Assembly (NCBI GenBank): GCA_017463765.1
Contig: JAFTON010000098.1
Span: 1 to 55,187 of the forward strand
From: Clostridia bacterium
Lineage (GTDB): Bacteria; Bacillota; Clostridia; Oscillospirales; CAG-272
Reading direction: 5' to 3'
DNA length: 55,187 bases
Below the pieces are notes generated by a model that worked only from the letters and a program-made list of their open reading frames with translations, was not told where the DNA came from and made no database searches. The translations under genes were made by a program, and so were the position numbers. This document shows, in pieces, positions 1 to 7,698 of this stretch. Every line of letters starts with the position of its first letter. Position 1 is the stretch's first letter.

Positions 1-24
1 GCTTGCTTGCTTGCTTGCTTGCTT
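1..24. repeat. (GCTT)6 / (AAGC)6 tetranucleotide tract, truncated by window start
   Basis: Six perfect GCTT units at 1-24. Confidence 0.95.
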
Positions 25-28
25 ATAG

Positions 29-57
29 ATTATCGCACTATTCTGCATCATTGTCAA
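29..57 (-). promoter_or_regulatory. sigma-A/70 promoter pointing into the AAGC tract
   Basis: Minus strand TTGACA (57-52), 17-nt spacer, TGc-GATAAT (34-29) with extended -10. Confidence 0.7.
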
Positions 58-149
58 GCCTTTTTTAACCTTTTCCTAAAATTTTCTTAATTTTGTATAT
101 CATATTTTATAACATTTTATCGGAAAATGCAATAGTTTTATTATTTTTT

Positions 150-1166
150 TTATTTTTCTATAAATCCGCCGAGCATTACTATGCCGTCACGATAGAGAAC
201 TGCCGACTGACCTGGGGCGAATTTCTGCGGTGAAGAAAGCGTCAGGGTTGCTCTGCCGTCGGGGTAAAGGTGGGTGGTAGCTCTGACGAGTGGAGCCGTA
301 TATCTGAGCTTAACGTCCAGCTCTACCTCACATTCCTCGCTTGGAGGTGTCATACCCGAATAAACAACATCGGAAAGGATTACTGTGTTTTTGCCCGACA
401 TATTCGGCGAAAGAGTTACGGTATTGCTCACGGGATTTATGTCGGTAACGAATGCACGCTCGCCAAGCGAGATGCCAAGCCCCTTACGCTGACCCACGGT
501 ATAGTGAATAATACCCTTGTGTCTGCCGAGCACATTTCCCTTCTCGTCGATAAAATCTCCCTCGGGGCATTTACCTGCCACAGACTCGATATAGTCGGTG
601 TGACCACCGTTAGGAAGAAAACAGATCTCCTGGCTATCCTGCCTGTTTGCAGCCGAAATCCCATGCTCCTCTGCCTTAATTCTGATATTCTCTTTCCTTC
701 CCTCGGAGAGAGGAAGAATAAGAATCGAAAGGATATTCTGAGGCAGACGGTAAAGCATATAGGTCTGATCCTTACGGCTGTCCTCCGGAACGGCAAGAGC
801 GTATCTTCCGTTTGTCTCGGTAACAGATGCATAATGACCGGTTGCGATAGCGTCAAAGCCGTTCTGTACAGCGAAGTCGTAAAGCATCCTGAACTTAACT
901 CGCTCGTTACAGATAATGCAGGGATTCGGGGTTCTGGCGTTTACATATTCGGAAACAAAATTATCCTTTATCTCCAAAAACTCTGAACGGCAATCGATTT
1001 CGTGAAGTGGAATACCGATAGAGCCGGCTGCCTCACGCGCAGCAGAAAGCTCTGTATATTCGTGCATTATCAGAACTGCTCCCTCCACCTCGTGACCGTC
1101 AAGAAGAAGCTTCTTCGCAGCGTAGGCACTGTCAACGCCACCACTGATTCCAACAAGAATTTTCAT
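150..1166 (-). CDS. mnmA: tRNA 2-thiouridine(34) synthase MnmA
   Basis: SGGVDS PP-loop, PNPCIICN, ATGHY, KDQTY, DSQEICF, TVGQRKGLG and PGQSAV motifs; follows iscS-iscU. Confidence 0.95.
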   Translation of the reverse strand: MKILVGISGGVDSAYAAKKLLLDGHEVEGAVLIMHEYTELSAAREAAGSIGIPLHEIDCRSEFLEIKDNFVSEYVNARTPNPCIICNERVKFRMLYDFAVQNGFDAIATGHYASVTETNGRYALAVPEDSRKDQTYMLYRLPQNILSILILPLSEGRKENIRIKAEEHGISAANRQDSQEICFLPNGGHTDYIESVAGKCPEGDFIDEKGNVLGRHKGIIHYTVGQRKGLGISLGERAFVTDINPVSNTVTLSPNMSGKNTVILSDVVYSGMTPPSEECEVELDVKLRYTAPLVRATTHLYPDGRATLTLSSPQKFAPGQSAVLYRDGIVMLGGFIEK

Positions 1167-1184
1167 TTTTAAAGCTTTAAGAAA

Positions 1185-1628
1185 TTATTCCTCGTCCTCG
1201 CCACCGTGATCATGATCGTGATCGTGGTCGGGATCATAGTCAAAGTCAATAGGCTTGCCTATCTTCTTATAATAATCTGCAACGGCAGACTTAATTGCCT
1301 CCTCGGCGAGAACCGAGCAATGTACCTTTATCGCGGGAAGTCCGTCAAGAGCCTCTACAACTGCGCTGTTTGTAAGCTTAAGAGCCTCCTCAACGGTATG
1401 TCCCTTAACAAGCTCGGTAGCCATTGAAGATGTTGCGATAGCTGCACCACAACCGAAAGTCTTGAACTTGCAGTCTACGATTACACCGTTATCATCAATC
1501 TTAAGATACATCTTCATTATATCGCCACACTTGGCATTTCCGACTACGCCAACTCCGTCAGCGTTCTCGATCTCACCAACGTTTCTGGGATTGGTGAAGT
1601 GATCCATTACCTTTTCACTATATTTCAT
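1185..1628 (-). CDS. iscU: Fe-S cluster scaffold IscU/NifU-N type
   Basis: YSEKVMDHFTNPRNVG, CGD, FGCGAAIA and HCSVLA motifs. Confidence 0.93.
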   Translation of the reverse strand: MKYSEKVMDHFTNPRNVGEIENADGVGVVGNAKCGDIMKMYLKIDDNGVIVDCKFKTFGCGAAIATSSMATELVKGHTVEEALKLTNSAVVEALDGLPAIKVHCSVLAEEAIKSAVADYYKKIGKPIDFDYDPDHDHDHDHGGEDEE

Positions 1629-1643
1629 TAATTTATACTTCCT

Positions 1644-2831
1644 TTACTTTTTAGCCGTTTGTTTTTTAACTATATCTTCCCAAAGAGGGCTCATATTACG
1701 AAGCTTCTCAACAATGGGACCAACGTTTTCGATAATATAGTCAATATCCTCGTCGGTTGTGTCGGAGGAAATAGACAGTCTGAGAGAACCGTGCGCTTTT
1801 TCATGAGGAACGCCGATCGCAAGAAGAACATGAGATGCATCAAGAGACGCAGAGGAGCAGGCAGAGCCTGTAGAGGCACAGATGCCCTTCATATCAAGCC
1901 AGAGCAGCATACTCTCACCCTCGATAAACTCAAATCCGATATTGACAAGTCCGGGCAAGCGCTTTGTAGGATGTCCGTTAAGTGAGGAATATGGGATTTT
2001 CGTAAGCTCCGAGATGAGTCTGTCACGCATTTTCGCTACTCTCGGAAGGTGTACCATATTTTCCTTAGCAAGCTCGAGAGCTCTTGCAAGTCCTACGATA
2101 TAAGGCAGATTCTCTGTTCCACCTCTCTTGCGCTTTTCCTGACCACCACCTTCAATAAGGTTGCCGATAACAACACCCTTACGGATAAAGAGGAGTCCGA
2201 TTCCCTTCGGGGCATGAAGCTTATGTCCCGAGAGAGCCAGCATATCAACCTTAAGCTCCGAAAGATTTATATCAATATTTCCGACAGCCTGAACTGCATC
2301 GGTGAACATTAACGCACCCTTCTCATGAGCAATAGAAACAATTTCCTCGATGGGCTGGATTGTACCGATCTCGTTATTGGCAAACATAATCGCGACCACA
2401 CCGGTTTTTTCTGTAACAAGAGAACGAAGCTCTTCAAGATCAACTACACCGTATTCATCAACGCCACAGTAGCTTACCTCAAATCCCTCCTTCTCAAGCG
2501 CCTCGCAGGTATGAAGAACAGCATGATGCTCAATCTTGCTTGTAACAATATGAGTCCTGCCCTTCTTCTTCATTCTCATAGCTGCGCCCTTAATAGCCCA
2601 GTTATCAGACTCGGTACCTCCCGAAGTGAAGAAAATCTCGCCTGCGCTGCATCCGAGGACGGAAGCAATTCTCTCGCGCGCATCGTCCAACATATCCTTT
2701 GCACTGATGCCCATAGAATGTGGGCTGGAGGGATTACCCCACTCGCTCTCAAAGCAAGGCATCATTGCATCTATAACCTCACGGCTGACAGGAGTTGTCG
2801 CCGCGTTATCAGCATAAACAAATCTGCTCAA
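1644..2831 (-). CDS. iscS: cysteine desulfurase IscS/NifS
   Basis: YADNAATT, TSGGTESDN, SGHK PLP lysine and STGSACSS catalytic Cys loop; TTG start. Confidence 0.95.
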   Translation of the reverse strand: MSRFVYADNAATTPVSREVIDAMMPCFESEWGNPSSPHSMGISAKDMLDDARERIASVLGCSAGEIFFTSGGTESDNWAIKGAAMRMKKKGRTHIVTSKIEHHAVLHTCEALEKEGFEVSYCGVDEYGVVDLEELRSLVTEKTGVVAIMFANNEIGTIQPIEEIVSIAHEKGALMFTDAVQAVGNIDINLSELKVDMLALSGHKLHAPKGIGLLFIRKGVVIGNLIEGGGQEKRKRGGTENLPYIVGLARALELAKENMVHLPRVAKMRDRLISELTKIPYSSLNGHPTKRLPGLVNIGFEFIEGESMLLWLDMKGICASTGSACSSASLDASHVLLAIGVPHEKAHGSLRLSISSDTTDEDIDYIIENVGPIVEKLRNMSPLWEDIVKKQTAKK

Positions 2832-2982
2832 AATATTTTCCTTTCAAATATATATCTTTTTTACCTTAGTTATTGTATACCATTTTTGTGAAGATTTCAA
2901 TAGCTTAAGCAAAGTATAATTGTTAATTTTTTGTGAACTCAGACGATTGGTTAATAAAACTCCAAAAAATGACAGTATATAC

Positions 2983-3011
2983 TTGACAAACCTGCTTAAA
3001 AAAATTATAAT
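2983..3011 (+). promoter_or_regulatory. sigma-A promoter of ROK kinase gene
   Basis: TTGACA-17 nt-TATAAT, perfect consensus. Confidence 0.75.
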
Positions 3012-3050
3012 TTATATAGTATTATTTTAAAAGATATATTTGGAGGAATT

Positions 3051-4013
3051 ATGTATACTATAGGAATCGACCTGGGTGGAACAAATATAAAGGCTGGTCT
3101 TTGCGACGCATCGCTTAATATTCTTGACAGTGAGTCCTGCCCTACCCTTGCTACAAGAAGCGGCGAGGAGATTGTTGCCGATATGGCAGACCTTGCACAG
3201 ACACTTATTGTAAGAAACAAGCTTACCATAGATGATATCGAGTACGTAGGTATTGCAACCCCCGGTATTGCTAACAACAAGCTTGGCATGGTTGAATATG
3301 CAAACAACCTGCCCTTCAAAAATTTCCCTATGGCAGAAATTTTCAAGAAGTATCTTCCTGTTTCTAAGATATATATTGCAAACGATGCCAATGCTGCAGC
3401 TCTCGGTGAGGCGCTTGTAGGCGCTGCAAGAGGAAGCAAGAGCTCTATCATGGTAACACTTGGCACAGGTGTAGGATCGGGTATTATTCTTGACGGAAAG
3501 ATATTCTCCGGCGGTCTTAATGATGCAGGCGCAGAGCTTGGTCATACTGTAATTATGGCAGGTGGCAGACAGTGCTCCTGTGGCAGACGTGGCTGCTGGG
3601 AAGCATATTCCTCGGCATCTGCTCTTACCGACATCACAAAGGCAAAGATGAGAGAGCTTAAGCTTAAGGGCATTCCCTCCCTGCTCTTCGACTGTGCAGA
3701 TCGTGAAGGCAAGGTAAGCGCGAGAACTGCATTTACTGCTAAATACCGTGGAGACATTCACGGTGAGGCTATTGTAAACGAATACATACAGAATCTTGCC
3801 GTTGGTATAACCAACCTTATCAACACCTTCCAACCCGAGATTATTTGTATCGGTGGTGGTGTTTCCGGCGAGAAGGAGCGTCTTATCGAGCCCCTTTCAA
3901 TCATCGTAGCTACCGAGCAGTATACCAGAGCAAACGAGAAGAAAACACAGATCAAGGTTGCCTCTCTCGGTAACGATGCAGGTATCGTTGGAGCAGCAGG
4001 TCTCGGAAGATAG
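3051..4013 (+). CDS. ROK family sugar kinase (glucokinase-like)
   Basis: GIDLGGT, NDANAAALGE, TLGTGVGSG, ELGH, CSCGRRGCWE zinc motif; GGAGG RBS. Confidence 0.92.
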   Translation: MYTIGIDLGGTNIKAGLCDASLNILDSESCPTLATRSGEEIVADMADLAQTLIVRNKLTIDDIEYVGIATPGIANNKLGMVEYANNLPFKNFPMAEIFKKYLPVSKIYIANDANAAALGEALVGAARGSKSSIMVTLGTGVGSGIILDGKIFSGGLNDAGAELGHTVIMAGGRQCSCGRRGCWEAYSSASALTDITKAKMRELKLKGIPSLLFDCADREGKVSARTAFTAKYRGDIHGEAIVNEYIQNLAVGITNLINTFQPEIICIGGGVSGEKERLIEPLSIIVATEQYTRANEKKTQIKVASLGNDAGIVGAAGLGR

Positions 4014-4140
4014 TTTTTTCAATAACCTATCGATGCTTTTGGAATAAAATAATAGTAAACGCTTTTTTGACACAATTATTGCTCCACCGGCCGTAATTGT
4101 GTCAAATCATTAGATAGATGAAAGAAGGGTTAATGGCTTT

Positions 4141-4803
4141 ATGATATTAAAAACCTGTGAGCTGTTTGATTTAGAACGTACTATGGCAAAGCCTCTGCTT
4201 GAGAGATGCGAATATCCACACGAGGCACTTTCCGAGATAGGCAGCTTTATAAAAAATGAAATTATCCCAATGCTTGACAGCTCCTACAAGGAGATATCCG
4301 ACGGGGTGTTCGTGGCAGAGGATGCAAAAATCTGGAACGGTGTTACCATTGTAGGACCTACGGTTATCGGTCACGGTGCAGAGATACGCCCCGGTGCGTT
4401 TATCCGTGGGAATGCTATAATCGGTGAGGGCGCAGTTATCGGAAACTCCACCGAGGTGAAGAACGCTATAGTTTTTGACGGTGCCCAGCTTCCCCACTAC
4501 AACTACGTCGGTGACAGTATTATCGGATATAAGGCGCATATGGGCGCAGGATCAATCGCCTCCAATCTCCGACTCGACAAAAAAATTATAATTCTTAAGA
4601 GCGAGGACGAACAGGTGGATAGTGGTCTTAAGAAGATAGGCGTATTTCTCGGAGATCATGCCGAGGTGGGCTGTGGCGCCGTACTCTGCCCCGGTAGCAT
4701 TATAGGCAGGGATGCCATGGTTTATCCTCTCACATCGGTAAGAGGAACTGTGCCGGCGAGAATGATATACGACGGAAAAAGCTTTAAGGAAAGAGAGCTG
4801 TGA
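4141..4803 (+). CDS. hexapeptide-repeat acetyltransferase resembling the GlmU C-terminal domain (glucosamine-1-P N-acetyltransferase-like)
   Basis: Left-handed beta-helix repeats, IGNSTEVKN, PHYNYVGDSIIG; directly upstream of glmM. Confidence 0.8.
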   Translation: MILKTCELFDLERTMAKPLLERCEYPHEALSEIGSFIKNEIIPMLDSSYKEISDGVFVAEDAKIWNGVTIVGPTVIGHGAEIRPGAFIRGNAIIGEGAVIGNSTEVKNAIVFDGAQLPHYNYVGDSIIGYKAHMGAGSIASNLRLDKKIIILKSEDEQVDSGLKKIGVFLGDHAEVGCGAVLCPGSIIGRDAMVYPLTSVRGTVPARMIYDGKSFKEREL

Positions 4804-4804
4804 T

Positions 4805-6163
4805 ATGGGAAGACTTTTTGGAACGGATGGAATAAGAGGAGTTTACGGAACAGATCTGAACTCTGCTCTTGCAAGAGAGGTTGGACGTGCGCTGGTACAG
4901 GTTTTGCCTAAGGGAGATGACGGAAAATCACGCATTCTTATTGGAATGGACACCAGACTGTCATCCTTCTCTCTTGCAGATTCTGTTATGCAGGGAATCT
5001 GTGAAGCAGGTGGCGATACGGTTCAGATCGAGGTATGCTCTACTCCTGCAGTTGCCTATCTTGTGGTAAAACATAAATTTGACGCAGGCGTTATGATCTC
5101 TGCATCACATAATCCATTTGAATATAACGGAATAAAGGTTTTCGGTGCCGACGGCTTCAAGCTTAATGATACACTGGAAGAAAAAATCGAGGCGCTTATC
5201 CTCGATAATGATGAATTGTTCCACAGAACAAAACCTATGGGCAGCCTTGAATATGATTTTTCTGCTGTAGATGAATACGCAGAATACATTATCGGTAGTG
5301 CAAGTTGCAGACTCGATGGTTTGCGCGTTGGCATAGACTGCGCAAACGGATCTGCCTCGGTTACGGCTGAAAAAATATTTACCTCGCTTGGTGCAGAGTG
5401 CCATATGCTCGCAGATAAACCCGACGGAAGAAATATTAATAAGGATTGTGGCTCGACCCATCTCGGTGGGCTTAAAGAGCTCGTGAAGGAAAAGGGTCTT
5501 GACGCAGGAATAGCCTTTGACGGTGATGCAGACAGGTGCCTTGCCATAGATGAAAACGGCAACGAGGTTGACGGTGATTTTATCCTGGCAATTCTGGCAT
5601 GCAAGCTTAAAAACGAAGGAAAGCTTAAAGGCAATACCCTTGTGGGTACCGTTATGAGCAATCTGGGCCTTGTTAAATTCTGCGAGGAGAGAGGCATTGA
5701 CTTTTTGGCAACCAAGGTTGGCGACAGATACGTGCTTGAGGCTCTTAATGAAAAGGGACTGTCGCTTGGTGGCGAGCAGTCGGGACATATTATTCTGAGA
5801 GAGCTTTCCACAACGGGTGACGGTCAGCTTACCGCCGTTTATCTTCTGTCTCATTTAAAAGAAAGTGGCAAGAGTCTTTCAACCCTTGCCAAAGTAATGA
5901 GAAAATATCCTCAATATATGATAAACGTTTCTGCCGACTCCGACAGCAAGGCTGCCTTTAAAACCGATGAGGTAATAAAGGAGATTATCGCCGAGAGCGA
6001 AAGAGAGATGGGAAATCACGGAAGAATACTTATCCGTCCGTCAGGTACAGAACCACTTATCAGGGTTATGACCGAGGGTGATGACCCCAATATTGCCGAA
6101 GAAATCTGCAAAAAACTTGCAGAAAACATAGAAAAAAGGCTGGCAGAATTGAAATTTAAATAA
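4805..6163 (+). CDS. glmM: phosphoglucosamine mutase
   Basis: FGTDGIRG, ISASHNP catalytic Ser, FDGDADR, GGEQSGH, RPSGTEPLIRVM. Confidence 0.95.
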   Translation: MGRLFGTDGIRGVYGTDLNSALAREVGRALVQVLPKGDDGKSRILIGMDTRLSSFSLADSVMQGICEAGGDTVQIEVCSTPAVAYLVVKHKFDAGVMISASHNPFEYNGIKVFGADGFKLNDTLEEKIEALILDNDELFHRTKPMGSLEYDFSAVDEYAEYIIGSASCRLDGLRVGIDCANGSASVTAEKIFTSLGAECHMLADKPDGRNINKDCGSTHLGGLKELVKEKGLDAGIAFDGDADRCLAIDENGNEVDGDFILAILACKLKNEGKLKGNTLVGTVMSNLGLVKFCEERGIDFLATKVGDRYVLEALNEKGLSLGGEQSGHIILRELSTTGDGQLTAVYLLSHLKESGKSLSTLAKVMRKYPQYMINVSADSDSKAAFKTDEVIKEIIAESEREMGNHGRILIRPSGTEPLIRVMTEGDDPNIAEEICKKLAENIEKRLAELKFK

Positions 6164-6653
6164 ATCCGTGGGAAAGAAGTATTCCACTATCGGTAATATT
6201 TATTACACCGTAGCTGGGCTTTATCCCAAAACCACCACCGATGCTACCCGGATTAAACAGATAGAAACCACCTTCCTCTGTAGGAATATATTTTTCAAGC
6301 ATCTTGTGGGTGTGACCGAATAAAACAACATCTGCATTTTGATCGACAGCTAACTTTGTGATGCCGTCAAGTCCGTACTTCACTCCGTACATATCGCCGT
6401 GAGTAAGGAATATTCGATGGCCCATAAGAGTGATGCTGTCGGTCTTTTTTACCATAGAATCACCAAGAATACCGTTTACGTCCCAATTGCCACGCACTGC
6501 AATCCACATACGGCTGCGATCATAAATCAGTTCATCGAAATCACAAAGTCCGTCACCGAGAAAGAATACAACCTCGGCATCGGGGTGCATGGATAAGGCT
6601 CGTTTCATTCCGTAAGAGCTTCCGTGAGAATCGGAAAAGCATAAACATTTCAT
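6156..6653 (-). CDS. YfcE/MJ0936-family metallophosphoesterase
   Basis: FSDSHG, FLGDG, VRGNWD, THG, FGHTH, NPGS motifs; start moved to ATG 6653 (AAAGG RBS). Confidence 0.88.
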   Translation of the reverse strand: MKCLCFSDSHGSSYGMKRALSMHPDAEVVFFLGDGLCDFDELIYDRSRMWIAVRGNWDVNGILGDSMVKKTDSITLMGHRIFLTHGDMYGVKYGLDGITKLAVDQNADVVLFGHTHKMLEKYIPTEEGGFYLFNPGSIGGGFGIKPSYGVINITDSGILLSHGFI

Positions 6654-6726
6654 ATGTAAGTAACCTTTCATAAAGTATTTCATATAATTCATAACAGTAA
6701 AGAATAAAACAGACAGGAGGAATTAT

Positions 6727-6942
6727 ATGAGATTTGATAGAGAAAAGCTTGAGGCTCTGGCTTCCCTGCCCGACGACAAGCTGTGGGCAGAGGTTGTGGG
6801 AATAGCCGAAAGATACGGTTATTCACTACCTAAGGAGACACCGTCTCACACCGATCTTGAAAAGATGCGAGCTGCTGCAAGAGCCGAAAAGATAAACGTA
6901 TCCGAGGCCTTGCGTCTTGTAAACCAATACAAGAAGAGGTGA
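6727..6942 (+). CDS. small hypothetical protein (71 aa)
   Basis: Strong AGGAGG RBS; first of three closely coupled ORFs. Confidence 0.75.
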   Translation: MRFDREKLEALASLPDDKLWAEVVGIAERYGYSLPKETPSHTDLEKMRAAARAEKINVSEALRLVNQYKKR

Positions 6943-6946
6943 AAAT

Positions 6947-7270
6947 ATGAGTGAACAGGAAAGCCTCGATATAGGCAAGGTAGTCAGTCTGATAATGGAA
7001 AATCCACAGATAATCGAGCAGATTTCAAGCCTTGCGAAAAAGAAAGAAAGCGCAGAAGAAGAAACGAAAGGCGAGCCAACCGAAAGCAGCATAACCGAAG
7101 CAACGTCAAGTGTGCCAAGCGTACCTGCTTACACAAACGCAGGAACTTCCAGAGGAAACCGAGCGCAGCTTCTCGGTGCACTAAAGCCATACGTATCCGA
7201 GGAGCGTGCAAAGGCAATCGACTCTATGATATCTATTGCAGATATTCTCGATATGATGAGAGCGAGGTGA
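6947..7270 (+). CDS. hypothetical protein (107 aa), possibly sporulation-associated
   Basis: GAGGTG RBS; C-terminal LLGALKPYVSEERAKAID helix recalls small clostridial hypothetical proteins. Confidence 0.75.
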   Translation: MSEQESLDIGKVVSLIMENPQIIEQISSLAKKKESAEEETKGEPTESSITEATSSVPSVPAYTNAGTSRGNRAQLLGALKPYVSEERAKAIDSMISIADILDMMRAR

Positions 7271-7274
7271 GAAA

Positions 7275-7649
7275 ATGTACTCACGAAGCTACTATCCCGA
7301 TTCTCCCGACCGTGTAAATCTGCCTGAGAACTATGACGGCACAGCCTTTATGGAAAGAAGGGATGCCGAGGCTGCTGATCCTGTGGAAGCACCATACACC
7401 GAAAACAGCGAGACTCACAGAGAGCAAGCCGAGCCCGTTGGCAGCAGATTACTGTCCGGGATGGGAGGAATTCCAATCCTTTCTGGTCTCTTTGACAAGG
7501 GAGGTCTGCTGGGTGGACTCGGGCTGAAAATGCCAACCATCGGCACCGAAGAAATACTTATTTTAGCAACGGCAGCATTCCTGTTTTTCTCAAAAAACGG
7601 AGACAGAGAATGCGCACTTATTTTACTTCTGCTCTTATTTATCAGCTGA
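7275..7649 (+). CDS. hypothetical protein with hydrophobic C-terminus (124 aa)
   Basis: GAGGTG RBS; C-terminal EEILILATAAFLFF...LILLLLLFIS; followed by terminator. Confidence 0.72.
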   Translation: MYSRSYYPDSPDRVNLPENYDGTAFMERRDAEAADPVEAPYTENSETHREQAEPVGSRLLSGMGGIPILSGLFDKGGLLGGLGLKMPTIGTEEILILATAAFLFFSKNGDRECALILLLLLFIS

Positions 7650-7664
7650 AAACAGAAAAAACAT

Positions 7665-7697
7665 AAAATCGGGTGTTGTGAAAGCACCCGATTTTTT
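7665..7697. terminator. bidirectional intrinsic terminator
   Basis: AAAATCGGGTG / CACCCGATTTT stem between convergent genes. Confidence 0.8.
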
Positions 7698-7698
7698 C

